53,856 nt of DNA from Pseudomonadota bacterium (GCA_041178265.1 JBEGVR010000163.1:1-53856), one strand, 5' to 3'; positions 18,332 through 29,603 are shown, counted from the first letter of the stretch. The notes: a model not told the origin generated them from the sequence alone. Program-made: numbers and translations.

Positions 18332-19522
18332 ATGAACCCAATCCGCAACCCCTTCGCGCCGGGCGCCGGCACGCCACCACCTCAGCTGGCGGGTCGGGAC
18401 GCCCTGCGGGAGACGGTACACGTGGCCCTGGAGCGAGCGCGAATCGGCCGGCCGGCCAAAAGTGCCATGCTGGTCGGCTTGCGGGGCGTGGGCAAGACGG
18501 TGCTGCTCGATCGCCTGCGTGAAGATGCCGAGGGCGCCGGCATCCACACGGTCCGGATCGAGGCGCCTGAAGGCCGCTCCTTGCCGGCCTTGCTGGCGCC
18601 GCAGCTGCGACAGGCGCTGCTGCGACTGAGCCAGCTTGAAAGCGCCAAGGCCTTCGCGGTCCGCGGCCTGCGCGCACTGGCCGGTTTCGCCAGTTCATTG
18701 AAGGTCACCTACCAAGATATCGAAGTCGGTTTCGATTACGAACCCGAGGCCGGGCTGGCGGACAACGGTGATCTCGAACACGACCTGCAGGCCCTGATCG
18801 AACAAGTGGGTGGGGCTGCCAAGGCTGCGGGGACGGCCCTGGCCCTTTTCATCGATGAACTTCAATACGTCGAAGAAGACCAACTGGCCGCCCTGATCAC
18901 GGCGATGCACCGCGCCGAGCAGCGCAAGCTCCCCGTCGTATTGATTGGTGCGGGGCTGCCGCAGTTGCGCGGCAGGATGGGAAAAGCCAAGTCGTACGCG
19001 GAACGATTGTTCGATTTTCCGGAGATCGGCCCCCTGCCCGCGCAAGCAGCCAGGCTGGCGATCGAAAAACCACTGGAAGACGAACAGGTTCGGATCACGC
19101 CAGCAGCGCTAGGCGAGATCCTGCGGGTCACGCGCGGCTACGCCTACTTTCTCCAGCAATGGGGTAGCCACACCTGGCTCGCGGCCGATGCCTCGCCGAT
19201 CGACCTGTCCGATGTCTACAAGGCATCAGTCACCGCGGTTGCCGCCTTGGACGAGAGTTTTTTCAGGGTCCGGTTCGACCGGCTCACGCCCAAGGAGAAG
19301 AGGTACCTGCGCGTCATGGCTGAACTCGGCGAAGGACCGCACCGGTCTGGCGATATCGCCAACGCCTATCCCGCGAAGGTGTCGTCGCTCGCCCCCACCC
19401 GAAGCTCCTTGATTGCCAAGGGAATGGTCTGGAGTCCGAACCACGGAGACACGGCGTTCACCGTCCCCATGTTCGACGAATTCATGAAAAGGATCATGCC
19501 GCCCGGCACGGGCTGGCGATGA
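18332..19522 (+). CDS. Stand-alone STAND-like/AAA_16-type ATPase with C-terminal winged helix
   Basis: NPFAPGAG...LAGRD, Walker A GLRGVGKT, Walker B LFIDELQ, SYAERLF, TRGYAYFLQ, C-terminal wHTH-like RSGDIA...RSSLIAKGMVWSP. Confidence 0.88.
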   Translation: MNPIRNPFAPGAGTPPPQLAGRDALRETVHVALERARIGRPAKSAMLVGLRGVGKTVLLDRLREDAEGAGIHTVRIEAPEGRSLPALLAPQLRQALLRLSQLESAKAFAVRGLRALAGFASSLKVTYQDIEVGFDYEPEAGLADNGDLEHDLQALIEQVGGAAKAAGTALALFIDELQYVEEDQLAALITAMHRAEQRKLPVVLIGAGLPQLRGRMGKAKSYAERLFDFPEIGPLPAQAARLAIEKPLEDEQVRITPAALGEILRVTRGYAYFLQQWGSHTWLAADASPIDLSDVYKASVTAVAALDESFFRVRFDRLTPKEKRYLRVMAELGEGPHRSGDIANAYPAKVSSLAPTRSSLIAKGMVWSPNHGDTAFTVPMFDEFMKRIMPPGTGWR

Positions 19523-19533
19523 ACGGGCCCGCC

Positions 19534-20100
19534 TCAGGCCTTGGGCAGCGTCACGCCGCGCTGGCCCTGGTACTTGCCGCCACGGTCCTTGTAGCTCACG
19601 TCGCAGGCTTCGTCGCTCTCGAAGAAGAGGACCTGCGCGCAGCCTTCACCGGCATAGATCCGCGCGGGCAGGGGCGTCGTGTTGCTGAATTCCAGGGTGA
19701 CATAGCCTTCCCACTCGGGCTCGAAGGGCGTGACGTTCACGATGATCCCGCAGCGTGCATACGTGCTCTTGCCCAGGCAGATGGTCAGCACGTTGCGCGG
19801 GATGCGAAAGTATTCGACCGTGCGGGCCAGGGCGAAGCTGTTGGGGGGAATGATGCAGGAGTCGCCGTGGAAGTCGACGAAGCTTTTTTCGTCGAAGTTC
19901 TTGGGGTCGACCACGGTGCTGTGGATGTTGGTGAAGACTTTGAACTCGGGAGCGCAGCGGATGTCGTAGCCGTAGCTGGACGTGCCGTAGCTGATGACGC
20001 GGTGGCCATTGGTCTCACGCACCTGCCCGGGCTCGAAGGGCTCGATCAGGCCATGCTGCTGCGCCATGCGGCGGATCCACTTGTCACTCTTGATGGTCAT
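19534..20100 (-). CDS. dcd: dCTP deaminase
   Basis: [48 protein letters not shown]; AGGAG RBS and TACAAT upstream. Confidence 0.97.
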   Translation of the reverse strand: MTIKSDKWIRRMAQQHGLIEPFEPGQVRETNGHRVISYGTSSYGYDIRCAPEFKVFTNIHSTVVDPKNFDEKSFVDFHGDSCIIPPNSFALARTVEYFRIPRNVLTICLGKSTYARCGIIVNVTPFEPEWEGYVTLEFSNTTPLPARIYAGEGCAQVLFFESDEACDVSYKDRGGKYQGQRGVTLPKA

Positions 20101-20132
20101 GGGTTGCTCCTGCCGGAATTGTAGGGGGCGAC

Positions 20133-20155
20133 AAAAAGCCGCCCGAAGGCGGCTT
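20133..20155 (-). terminator. Rho-independent terminator after htpX
   Basis: Minus strand reads AAGCCGCC-TTCG-GGCGGCTTTTT (UUCG tetraloop, U tract). Confidence 0.85.
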
Positions 20156-20176
20156 GTGGGGGAGCGGTCCGCAGAC

Positions 20177-21046
20177 TCAGGCCGCCTGCAGCGCCGCGAT
20201 CCGCTCCTCGATCGGCGGGTGCGTGGAGAACAGCTTGCCCACACCCGAGGTGATGCCCATGGCCTGCAGGCCCTGGGGCAGGGCCCCCGGCACCATGCCA
20301 CCCAGGCGGGCCAGGGCGTTGACCATCGGCTGCTTGCGCCCCATCAGGTCTGCGGCACCGCGGTCGGCGCGGAATTCGCGCTGGCGGGAGAACCAGGCCA
20401 CGATGATGGCGGCCAGCACGCCCAGCACGATGTCCAGCACGATGGTGGTCACCCAGTACCCGATGCCGGGGCCGGTGTTCTCGGCATCGTTGCGGCGCAG
20501 GAAGCTGTCCACCGCGTAGCCGATCACGCGCGAGAGGAAAACGACGAAGGTGTTCATCACGCCCTGGATCAGGGCCATGGTGACCATGTCGTCGTTGGCG
20601 ATGTGGGCGACCTCGTGGCCGATGACGGCCTCGACCTCCTCGCGCGTCATGCCCTGAAGCAGGCCGGTGGACACGGCCACCAGGGCGTTGTTCTTGAAGG
20701 CGCCTGTGGCGAAGGCATTGGGCTCGCCCTCGAAGATGCCGACCTCCGGCATGCCGATGCCAGCCTTGTCGGCGAAGCGGCGCACGGTGTCGACGATCCA
20801 AACTTCATCAGCGTTGCGAGGTTGCGTGATCAGTTGCACGCCCGCGCTCCATTTGGCAATGGGCTTGGACAGCAGCAGGGAGATGAACGCGCCGCCAAAG
20901 CCTATGACGAGCGCGAACCCGAGCAGGGCGCCCAGGTTCAGGCCATTGGCCGTGAGGTAGCGGTTGACGCCCAGCAGGCTGGCCACGATGCCCAGCACCA
21001 CCACGATGGCGAGGTTGGTGGCGACGAACAGGATGATGCGTTTCAT
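20177..21046 (-). CDS. htpX: Membrane zinc metalloprotease HtpX
   Basis: [55 protein letters not shown]. Confidence 0.96.
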   Translation of the reverse strand: MKRIILFVATNLAIVVVLGIVASLLGVNRYLTANGLNLGALLGFALVIGFGGAFISLLLSKPIAKWSAGVQLITQPRNADEVWIVDTVRRFADKAGIGMPEVGIFEGEPNAFATGAFKNNALVAVSTGLLQGMTREEVEAVIGHEVAHIANDDMVTMALIQGVMNTFVVFLSRVIGYAVDSFLRRNDAENTGPGIGYWVTTIVLDIVLGVLAAIIVAWFSRQREFRADRGAADLMGRKQPMVNALARLGGMVPGALPQGLQAMGITSGVGKLFSTHPPIEERIAALQAA

Positions 21047-21084
21047 TCGAGCTCCGGTAGCGGGAAAAATTGGATTCGCAGGGA

Positions 21085-21112
21085 AGATAAGGCCAGCGGC
21101 AAGGAATGCAAG
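21085..21112 (-). promoter_or_regulatory. Putative sigma32 (RpoH) promoter of htpX
   Basis: Minus strand CTTGCA-N14-CCTTATCT resembles CTTGAA-N13/14-CCCCATNT; htpX is a known heat-shock gene. Confidence 0.5.
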
Positions 21113-21152
21113 AAAAGCCCGGGTAATTGCCGACTTCCAGAGGGGTTTTCGG

Positions 21153-21938
21153 CTACCGGTGCCCGGCCCGCGGCCGCCCGCCCAAGGGCCCGCCCCGGCT
21201 GCGTGCCGCACGGAACACCGCGGCATCGTCGTAGAAGGCCGCATCGGCATTGGCCTGCCACCAGCCAGGCACGCCCAGCACGGGCAAGTGCAGGAAGGGC
21301 TTGGCCGCGAGCCGCTCGCCGGTGCAGGCCGCGGCCAGCCAGGCATCGGCCGCTTGCATCGACCCCAGGGGTGAGGGGCCATGCCAGACATGGGCGGTCA
21401 GGTCCTTTCGGGGCACTGCCAGTTTTTCCAGGAGGGCATGGCCGAACACCACCAGCCGCGCCTGCACCCACAGCGGCCGCAGGTCGATGAACAGGCGCCG
21501 CCACTGGCGTGCTGCGAGGGCCTCCCACAGGGGCGTAGGAGCATCCAACAGGGCGCCGTTTTCGTCAAAGACCGTGATCGCGTCACGCAGCGGACCGCGC
21601 ACCGCGCCCACGCCATGCGCGGCGATCTGCGCCGCCTGCAAGGCATTGAGTTGCCGCTTGGCCTTCGGAAAATGCAGCCAGCACAGGCCGTTGAAGAAAT
21701 CGTGCAGGCCCTCGCGGGTGGGACACTGGCGCTGCTCGAACACGAAGCGTTCGTAGGCGGTGTCGGCCGGCAGGGCCTGCTGTGGCACGAAGCGCACCGG
21801 ATGCGGGCCCGCCTGCCGGTTCAGGGCCTCGTGCGCCGCAAGGCCCTGCGCGATGCGGCCAGCAACCGCCTGCCCCGCCACGCGCCAGGGCGCATACCAG
21901 GGGCCCGACCAGTCCAGGGCACTCAGGCCACTTTCCAC
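21153..21938 (-). CDS. DUF3025 family protein
   Basis: [15 protein letters not shown]...[47 protein letters not shown]. Start uncertain (GTG 21938 overlapping pyrC). Confidence 0.8.
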   Translation of the reverse strand: MESGLSALDWSGPWYAPWRVAGQAVAGRIAQGLAAHEALNRQAGPHPVRFVPQQALPADTAYERFVFEQRQCPTREGLHDFFNGLCWLHFPKAKRQLNALQAAQIAAHGVGAVRGPLRDAITVFDENGALLDAPTPLWEALAARQWRRLFIDLRPLWVQARLVVFGHALLEKLAVPRKDLTAHVWHGPSPLGSMQAADAWLAAACTGERLAAKPFLHLPVLGVPGWWQANADAAFYDDAAVFRAARSRGGPLGGRPRAGHR

Positions 21939-22975
21939 GCCAGCGTCTCGCCGCCGCACAGCGGCTTGATCTGCGCCTGGCCGAAGGGATAGGCCTCGGG
22001 CAGTTGCCAGGGCTGGCGCCGCAGGGTCAGCGTGCCGGTGTTGCGGGGCAACCCATAGAAATCAGCGCCGAAGTGGCTGGCAAAGCCTTCGAGCCTGTCC
22101 AGCGCGCCTGCCGCTTCGAAGGCCTGGGCGTACAGCTCCATGGCTGCGGGCGCGGTGTAGCAGCCGGCGCAGCCTGTGGCGTGCTCCTTCAGGTGGGCCG
22201 GGTGCGGCGCGCTGTCGGTGCCCAGGAAAAAGCGCGGGGTGCCACGGGTGGCGGCCTGCACCAGAGCCTGGCGGTGCGTCTCGCGCTTGAGGACCGGCAG
22301 GCAGTAGTAATGCGGCCGGATACCGCCGGTGAAGATCGCGTTGCGGTTGAAAAGCAGGTGGTGTGCGGTGATCGTGGCCGCCATAAGCGGGCCGGCCTGC
22401 GCCACGTACTGCGCCGCCTCGCGCGTGGTGATGTGCTCCATCACGATCTTCAGGCCCGGGAAGTCGCGGCGCAGGGGAATCAGCTGCTGCTCGATGAACA
22501 CCGCCTCGCGGTCGAACAGGTCGATGTCGGAGGACGTCACTTCACCGTGCACCAGCAGCAGCAGACCCTCCTTCTGCATGACCTCCAGCGTGGCGTAGGT
22601 CTTGCGGATGTCGGTCACGCCAGCGTCGCTGTTGGTGGTGGCGCCGGCCGGATAGAGCTTCAGGGCCACGACGCCGGCCTCGCGCGCGCGGCGGATCTCG
22701 TCGGGCGGGAGGTTGTCGGTGAGGTACAGGGTCATCAGTGGCTCAAAGCGCTGGCCTGGGGGCAAGTCGGCCGGGACGTGGGCCAGGATGCGCTCGCGGT
22801 AGGCCGCGGCCTGGGCGGCGGTGGTCACCGGCGGCTTCAGATTGGGCATGACGATGGCCCGGGCGAACTGGGCGGCGGTGTGCGGCACCACGGTGGCCAG
22901 GGCGTCGCCATCGCGCAGGTGTGTGTGCCAGTCGTCGGGGCGGGCGATCGTGATCGAAGGGGTCGGGGCGTTCAT
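21923..22975 (-). CDS. pyrC: Dihydroorotase (type II)
   Basis: [48 protein letters not shown]. Confidence 0.97.
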   Translation of the reverse strand: MNAPTPSITIARPDDWHTHLRDGDALATVVPHTAAQFARAIVMPNLKPPVTTAAQAAAYRERILAHVPADLPPGQRFEPLMTLYLTDNLPPDEIRRAREAGVVALKLYPAGATTNSDAGVTDIRKTYATLEVMQKEGLLLLVHGEVTSSDIDLFDREAVFIEQQLIPLRRDFPGLKIVMEHITTREAAQYVAQAGPLMAATITAHHLLFNRNAIFTGGIRPHYYCLPVLKRETHRQALVQAATRGTPRFFLGTDSAPHPAHLKEHATGCAGCYTAPAAMELYAQAFEAAGALDRLEGFASHFGADFYGLPRNTGTLTLRRQPWQLPEAYPFGQAQIKPLCGGETLAWKVA

Positions 22976-23026
22976 GCTCCGTATTGTGGCGGCTCGGGCG
23001 GCACCACCTGTCGCCCCCTGGTAGCC

Positions 23027-23770
<744 letters not shown>

Positions 23771-23782
23771 GGAGCCGCTCCC

Positions 23783-24448
23783 TCAACGAATGATCTGTAC
23801 GCGCGCCTGCACCTTGCGCACGAGGTGCGACAGGGCCAGGCACATCAGGAAATACACCACCGCAGCCAGCAGGTAAGCCTCGACCGGCCTACCCAGGTTC
23901 TTGCCCAGGGTCTCGAAGCCCTTGAGCATGTCGTAGGCGCCAATGGCATACACCAGCGAGGTGTCCTGGAACAGGATGATGGTCTGGGTCAGGAACACCG
24001 GCAGCATGTTGCGAAAGGCCTGCGGCAGGATGATGCGCTGCATGTTCTGACGGTAGGTCAGGCCCAGGGCAAAGCCGGCGTTGACCTGGCCGCTCGGGAT
24101 GGACTGGATGCCGGCGCGCACGATCTCCGAAAAGTAGGCTGCCTCGAACGCGATGAAGGTGATCACCGCCGACATCTCCGCACCGATCGGCCGGCCGATG
24201 GCAAAGGGAATGAGCAGGAAGAACCACAGGAGCACCATCACCAGCGGAATGGAGCGCATGGTGTTCACGTAGGCCGCGGCCGGCCACTCCAGGAAGGGCT
24301 TGCCGGATAGGCGCATCAGGGCCAGCAGCGTCCCGACCAGTACACCGCCCGTGGTGGCCACCACGGTGAGCCAGAGGCTGAAGATGAAACCCTGGGCGAC
24401 GAAGCGCCGGATCATCTCCCAGTCGTAGAAGGAAAGATCGAGCCCCAT
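23783..24448 (-). CDS. gltK: Polar amino acid ABC transporter permease (GltK-like)
   Basis: RSIPLVMVLLWFF, FEAAYFSEIVRAGIQSI, QTIILFQDTSL. Confidence 0.88.
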   Translation of the reverse strand: MGLDLSFYDWEMIRRFVAQGFIFSLWLTVVATTGGVLVGTLLALMRLSGKPFLEWPAAAYVNTMRSIPLVMVLLWFFLLIPFAIGRPIGAEMSAVITFIAFEAAYFSEIVRAGIQSIPSGQVNAGFALGLTYRQNMQRIILPQAFRNMLPVFLTQTIILFQDTSLVYAIGAYDMLKGFETLGKNLGRPVEAYLLAAVVYFLMCLALSHLVRKVQARVQIIR

Positions 24449-24449
24449 C

Positions 24450-25208
24450 TCAGTGCCCTCCGCCCATGGCGCCTGCGGCGACAAAGCCGGGCACGCGGGT
24501 GCGCCGCTCGATCACGCTCATGACGCGGTTGACGGCAAACGCCGAGAGGGCATAAAGCACCGTGGCCGCCAGGTAGATCTCGATCGGCGCCGAGGTCTCC
24601 TCGCCGGCCTGGCGGGAGAAGAACGTGAGTTCAGCCACCGAGACGGCAAAAGCCACCGACGAGTTCTTGACGATGTTCATCGTCTCACTGGTCAGGGGCG
24701 GAATGATGATGCGCAGCCCCATCGGCAACAGCACGTAGCGATAGGTCTGCACCGTGCTCAGGCCCAGGGCCTGGGCGGCGTTGCGTTGACCGCGTGGCAG
24801 CGACTGGATACCCGCGCGCACCTGTTCGGCCACGCGCGCCGACGTGAACAGCCCCAGCGCGATCACTACCAGCGCTTCGGAGGGCACAGCCTTCATGGCG
24901 GGCACGATCGCCGGCACCACGAAGTACCACAGGAAGATCTGCACCAGCAGCGGGATGTTGCGGAACAACTCGACCCAGGCATTGCCCAGTCGCACCAGCC
25001 AGGGATTGGAAGGCAAGGTACGCAAGGTGCCGACCACCAGGCCGAAGAACAGGGCCACGCACAGCGCCAGCAGGGCGACGGTGAGTGTCCAGCCCCAGGC
25101 CGAGATGATCCAGTTCAGGTAGGTCTGGTCGCCGCCGCGCCCGAAGCAGCCTTCGATCAGGTCGCCCGTGGTGGTTTCCTTGCAGAACACCCGCCAGTCC
25201 AGGGCCAT
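24450..25208 (-). CDS. gltJ: Polar amino acid ABC transporter permease (GltJ-like)
   Basis: ELFRNIPLLVQIFLWYFVVP, FTSARVAEQVRAGIQSLPRGQ, KNSSVA. Confidence 0.88.
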   Translation of the reverse strand: MALDWRVFCKETTTGDLIEGCFGRGGDQTYLNWIISAWGWTLTVALLALCVALFFGLVVGTLRTLPSNPWLVRLGNAWVELFRNIPLLVQIFLWYFVVPAIVPAMKAVPSEALVVIALGLFTSARVAEQVRAGIQSLPRGQRNAAQALGLSTVQTYRYVLLPMGLRIIIPPLTSETMNIVKNSSVAFAVSVAELTFFSRQAGEETSAPIEIYLAATVLYALSAFAVNRVMSVIERRTRVPGFVAAGAMGGGH

Positions 25209-25230
25209 GCGCCTCTCCTTGACGTTGTCG

Positions 25231-25266
25231 AAAAAAACCCCCGCCGAGGTCGCCCGCGGCAGGGGT
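25231..25266 (-). terminator. Intercistronic terminator-like hairpin between the binding-protein and permease genes
   Basis: Minus strand ACCCCTGCCG-loop-CGGCGGGGGT followed by a T run. Confidence 0.7.
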
Positions 25267-25288
25267 CGGTGATCAGGTCAGGACCCGA

Positions 25289-26188
25289 TCACTTCTTGGC
25301 GTAGTCTTCCATCGGCTTGTCGTTGGGAGCGGCCCAGGCGGCCTTGGTGCTCTCGGACAGCGGCAGACCCACCTTCACGTTCTTGGGCGGGATCGGCTGC
25401 ACGAACCACTTGTCCCACATCCTGGCCATGTCGCCGGAGCGGACCAGGCCCGCGATCACGTCGTTGCCCAGTTTCTTGATGCCGGCGTCGTCCTTGCGCA
25501 CCATGATGGCGATGGGCTCGACGCTGAGCACCTCGCCAACGATGCGGAAGTCACCGGGGTTCTTGGCGTTGGCGATGTTGCCCGCCAGGATGGAGCCGTC
25601 CATCACGAAGGCTTCGGCGCGGCCCGATTCGAGCAGCAGGAAGCTGTCGGCGTGGTCTTTTCCGAAGACTTCCTTGAAATCCATGCCCGTGGCGCGCTCG
25701 TGCTTGCGCAGGTGCTGCACCGAGGTGGTGCCGGTGGTGGTGGCCACGTTCTTGCCATTGAGCTGCGCGATGCCGGTGATGCCGGAGTTGGCCTTGACCG
25801 CGATCCGCACTTCTTCCACATACGTGGTGTTCAGGAAGGACACATCCTTCTGGCGGGTGGCGTTGTTGGTGGTGGAACCGCACTCGATGTCGACGGTGCC
25901 GTTCTGCACCAGCGGAATGCGGTTCTGGGAGGTCACGGGCACGTACTTGACCTCGACCTTGCGGCCGGCCTGCTTTTCAACTTCCGCAACGATGCGCTGG
26001 CAGACCTCGACGTGAAAGCCGGCGTACTTGCTATCGCCCAGGGTGTAGGACAGGGCGCCGGAGGAATCGCGTACGCCCATGTTCAGCACACCGGAGGCCT
26101 TGACCTTGGCCAGGGTGTCGTTTGCCTGCGCCAGGGCACCACCGACGGCGAGCGTGGCCACTGCAAGTGCCAACAGATGCTTCTTCAT
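25289..26188 (-). CDS. gltI: Glutamate/aspartate ABC transporter substrate-binding protein (GltI-like)
   Basis: Signal peptide MKKHLLALAVA, VTSQNRIPLVQNGTVDIECGSTTNN, GKDHADSF; AGGAG RBS and TACAAT upstream. Confidence 0.9.
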   Translation of the reverse strand: MKKHLLALAVATLAVGGALAQANDTLAKVKASGVLNMGVRDSSGALSYTLGDSKYAGFHVEVCQRIVAEVEKQAGRKVEVKYVPVTSQNRIPLVQNGTVDIECGSTTNNATRQKDVSFLNTTYVEEVRIAVKANSGITGIAQLNGKNVATTTGTTSVQHLRKHERATGMDFKEVFGKDHADSFLLLESGRAEAFVMDGSILAGNIANAKNPGDFRIVGEVLSVEPIAIMVRKDDAGIKKLGNDVIAGLVRSGDMARMWDKWFVQPIPPKNVKVGLPLSESTKAAWAAPNDKPMEDYAKK

Positions 26189-26268
26189 GGAAATCTCCTG
26201 AGTGACGAATAAGGGGTGAATATGAGAAGAGCAGATTGTAGGGATGCGCCCCGCCCGGGCCACCCGGA

Positions 26269-27207
26269 TTACCCTGAGCCTGCCGCAGACTGCGCCAGAT
26301 GATTCCACAAGGCCTGCGCGGACCGGGGACCTGCCCCTTCGCGGTTTGCGGGCTTTTCGCGGTAAGCGCGTATTTCCAGGGGCGCCGAGAGATTCGCCAG
26401 GCCAGGGGGCGGGGCCAGGGGCACCAGCCGCCCGCTTCGTAGCTCCGTGGCCACCGCGCTCGAGGGCAGGAAGGCGATCCCGTGGCCCTCCAGGGCCATC
26501 ACCTTCAGGCCCTCGGCCATGTCGGTCTCGTAGACCCGGTCCAGATGGATCGCCACCGCCGTCTCCTTCAGGACCGCCTCGGCCACCCGCCCGAGGTAGG
26601 CGCCCGGCGCGTAGCCCAGGTACGGCACGGGCAGGCCGGCCTGGCCCGGCAACGCGAACAGGGGCTGCCCCTGGCCGTCGGGACGGCAATAGGGGGCCAG
26701 CGTCTCCTGGCCCAGGCGCACCATTTCGAAGCGGCCGGTGTCCAGGGGCAGCGGCTGCGCCTCATGGTGGTAGGCGATCAGGAGGTCGCAGCCGCCCTCG
26801 AGCAGGCGCATGACCGCGTCGTGCACATTCAGCGCGGTCAGCCGGCTCTTGATCGGGCCGAAGGACTCGCGCAGGCCAGACACCCAGGCCGGAAAGAAAG
26901 TGAACGCCAGCGAATGCGGCGTGGCGAACTCGATCACATCCTGCGCCCCCGCCTGTCCCCGCAGCATGGCGCGGGTGCTTTGCAGGGCCTGCAGGATCTC
27001 CAGCGCCTGCGCGTACAGCGTCTGGCCCGCCGGGGTCAGGCGCGTGGGGTAGGCGCTGCGGTCCACCAGGTCGGCGCCGGCCCAGGCTTCGAGCGCCTGG
27101 ATGCGGCGGGAAAAGGCGGGCTGGGTGACGTGCCGCAGCTTCGCCGAGCGGCTGAAGCTGCGCGTCTCTGCCAGGCTCACGAAGTCTTCCAGCCACTTGG
27201 TTTCCAT
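26269..27207 (-). CDS. LysR-family transcriptional regulator (HypT/YjiE-like N-terminus)
   Basis: METKWLEDFVSLAETRSFSRSAKLRHVTQPAFSRRIQALE. Confidence 0.93.
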   Translation of the reverse strand: METKWLEDFVSLAETRSFSRSAKLRHVTQPAFSRRIQALEAWAGADLVDRSAYPTRLTPAGQTLYAQALEILQALQSTRAMLRGQAGAQDVIEFATPHSLAFTFFPAWVSGLRESFGPIKSRLTALNVHDAVMRLLEGGCDLLIAYHHEAQPLPLDTGRFEMVRLGQETLAPYCRPDGQGQPLFALPGQAGLPVPYLGYAPGAYLGRVAEAVLKETAVAIHLDRVYETDMAEGLKVMALEGHGIAFLPSSAVATELRSGRLVPLAPPPGLANLSAPLEIRAYREKPANREGAGPRSAQALWNHLAQSAAGSG

Positions 27208-27214
27208 GGCCGGA

Positions 27215-29056
27215 TTATTGCGTCGCCGTCTCGGCCTGCTCCTGCTGCTGCAAGGCCCACATCCCGGCATAGCGTCCACCCCGGGACAGCAGGTCCTGGT
27301 GCGTGCCACGCTCGACGATGTGACCGGCCTCCATGACCAGGATTTCGTGCGCGTCGACCACGGTGGACAGCCGGTGGGCGATGACCAGCGCCGTCTTGTT
27401 CTGGGCCGCGGTCTTGAGCTCGGACTGGATCGCGCGCTCATTGGCCGAATCCAGCGCCGAAGTGGCCTCGTCGAAGATCAGGACCGGCGGGTTCTTCAGG
27501 AGGGTGCGGGCGATCGCCACGCGCTGCTTCTCGCCCCCGGAAAGCTTCAGGCCCCGTTCGCCCACCAGCGTCTGGTAGCCCCGGGGCATGGCCACGATGA
27601 ACTCGTGGATGCGCGCGGCCCGGGCCGCCTCTTGCACCTGCTCGCGGCTGGCCCCCGGGCGGCCGTAGGCGATGTTGTATTCGACCGTATCGTTGAACAG
27701 CACCGTGTCCTGCGGCACGATGCCGATGGCCTCGCGCAGGCTGGACTGGGTGACCTGGCGGATGTCCTGGCCGGCGATGCGGATGCAGCCGCCCTGCACG
27801 TCGTAGAAGCGATAGAGCAGACGGGCCAGAGTGGATTTGCCCGAGCCCGAGGGACCGACCACGGCCACCGTCTTGCCGGCGGGAATTTCAAAGCTCACGT
27901 CATGCAGGATGACCCGGGCGGGCTCGTACGCGAAGTTGACATGCTCGAAGCGCACCGAAGCCTCGTGCAGCCCCGACAGCACCGGGGCGCCGGGTGCGTC
28001 GGCCACCTCGCGCTCCTTGTCCATCAGCGTGAACATCTTGTCCAGGTCGGTCAGGCTCTGCTTGATCTCGCGATACAGCACGCCCAGGAAATTGAGCGGG
28101 ATATACAGCTGGATCATGAAGGCGTTGATCATGACCAGGTCGCCCAGCGTCATGCGGCCGTCGACCACGCCCTGGGTGGCGCGCCACAACATGGCCACCA
28201 GGGCGATGGCGATGATCAACTGCTGCCCGGTATTGAGCAGGGACAGGGTGGTCTGCGACTTCAGCCTCGATTTGCGCAGGCGCTCCAGGCTCTCGTCGTA
28301 GCGGCGCGCCTCGAAGGCCTCGTTGTTGAAGTACTTGACCGTCTCGTAATTCAGGAGCGAATCGACCGCGCGCGTGTGGGCCGCCGAGTCGAACTCGTTG
28401 GCCTCGCGCCGGAACTGGGTGCGCCACTCAGTGACGCTCACGGTAAATACGATGTAGACCGCGAGCGCCGCAAGCGTGATCCACGCGAACCACGCGTCGA
28501 ACTTCACCGCCAGCACCGTCAGCACCAGCGCCACCTCGATCAGCGTGGGTACCACGCTGTACAGCGAGTACGAGATCAGCGACTCGATGCCGCGCACGCC
28601 CCGCTCGATGTCGCGGGTCATGCCACCGGTCTGGCGCTCCAGGTGAAAGCGCAGGCTCAGCGCATGCAGGTGCCGGAAGGTCTCCAGGGCGATGCTGCGG
28701 GCTGCGCCCTGGGTCGCCTTGGAAAAGACCAGTTCGCGCAGCTCCGTGAACAAGGACGTCGACAGGCGCAGCAGGCCGTACCCCAGGAGCAGGCCGGCGG
28801 GCACGGCCAGCAGGGCGGCCTGCAGGCTGGCGCGCGGGTTCATGGTGTCCACCAGGTCCTTGAGCACCAGGGGCACGCCCACGTTGGCCAGCTTGGCGCC
28901 CACCATGAAGGCCAGGGCGGCCACCACCCGCCAACGGTACTGCCAGAGGTAAGGCGCCAGGCGGCGCAGGGTGGTCCAGTCGGTGCGCGCGCGGGGCGAT
29001 GTGCCGGGATGGGTGGCGACGGGAGCGGAAGGGGCGGCTTCGCCGGCGTGACGCAT
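27215..29056 (-). CDS. ATM1/AtmA-type ABC exporter (fused permease-ATPase)
   Basis: [68 protein letters not shown]. Confidence 0.93.
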   Translation of the reverse strand: MRHAGEAAPSAPVATHPGTSPRARTDWTTLRRLAPYLWQYRWRVVAALAFMVGAKLANVGVPLVLKDLVDTMNPRASLQAALLAVPAGLLLGYGLLRLSTSLFTELRELVFSKATQGAARSIALETFRHLHALSLRFHLERQTGGMTRDIERGVRGIESLISYSLYSVVPTLIEVALVLTVLAVKFDAWFAWITLAALAVYIVFTVSVTEWRTQFRREANEFDSAAHTRAVDSLLNYETVKYFNNEAFEARRYDESLERLRKSRLKSQTTLSLLNTGQQLIIAIALVAMLWRATQGVVDGRMTLGDLVMINAFMIQLYIPLNFLGVLYREIKQSLTDLDKMFTLMDKEREVADAPGAPVLSGLHEASVRFEHVNFAYEPARVILHDVSFEIPAGKTVAVVGPSGSGKSTLARLLYRFYDVQGGCIRIAGQDIRQVTQSSLREAIGIVPQDTVLFNDTVEYNIAYGRPGASREQVQEAARAARIHEFIVAMPRGYQTLVGERGLKLSGGEKQRVAIARTLLKNPPVLIFDEATSALDSANERAIQSELKTAAQNKTALVIAHRLSTVVDAHEILVMEAGHIVERGTHQDLLSRGGRYAGMWALQQQEQAETATQ

Positions 29057-29153
29057 CAGGAGGGGTCCGGTTTCGGGTGGGAAGCCTGCCATTGTGCCCC
29101 TGCACGGCGAGGCCATTGCACAGGCTATATTCTTCCCTCCACAGGAGCCCCCG

Positions 29154-29591
29154 ATGTCCGATTCCCCTGGCGACCCCCGGCCCCGCCTGCACGCGCCGTC
29201 CGCGGAACTGCCTACCGACCAGGAACTGGTCCTGAAGGTCATCCCCCTGCCCTCGGACACCAACGCCAATGGCGACATCTTCGGCGGCTGGGTGATGGCC
29301 CAGGTCGACCTCGCCGGCGCGGTGCTGCCAGCGCGCATCGCCCAGGGCCGCATGGCCACCGTGGCCGTCAACGAATTCATCTTCAAGCAGCCGGTGCGCG
29401 TGGGCGACATCCTGTCGTTCTTTGGCAGCATCAAGCGGATCGGGCGCACCTCGATCTCCGTTCAGATCGAGGTCTTCGCCGAGCGTTTCAGCAACCAGGG
29501 CCGCTACATCAAGGTGACCGAGGCCCTCGTGACCTATGTCGCCATCGACGACCAGGGCCGCCCGCGCGTGCTGCCCACCGCCACCGCCTGA
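29154..29591 (+). CDS. Hotdog-fold acyl-CoA thioesterase (YciA-like)
   Basis: PSDTNANGDIFGGWVMAQVDLAG, IGRTSI, TYVAIDDQGRPR; AGGAG RBS. Confidence 0.93.
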   Translation: MSDSPGDPRPRLHAPSAELPTDQELVLKVIPLPSDTNANGDIFGGWVMAQVDLAGAVLPARIAQGRMATVAVNEFIFKQPVRVGDILSFFGSIKRIGRTSISVQIEVFAERFSNQGRYIKVTEALVTYVAIDDQGRPRVLPTATA

Positions 29592-29603
29592 CCGCGTACT
29601 GCC

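Noticed and set aside
18255-18335. LexA SOS box (CTGTATAAA half-site)
   Set aside because: Neither arm completes CTGT-N8-ACAG; the half-sites face outward and are too far apart.
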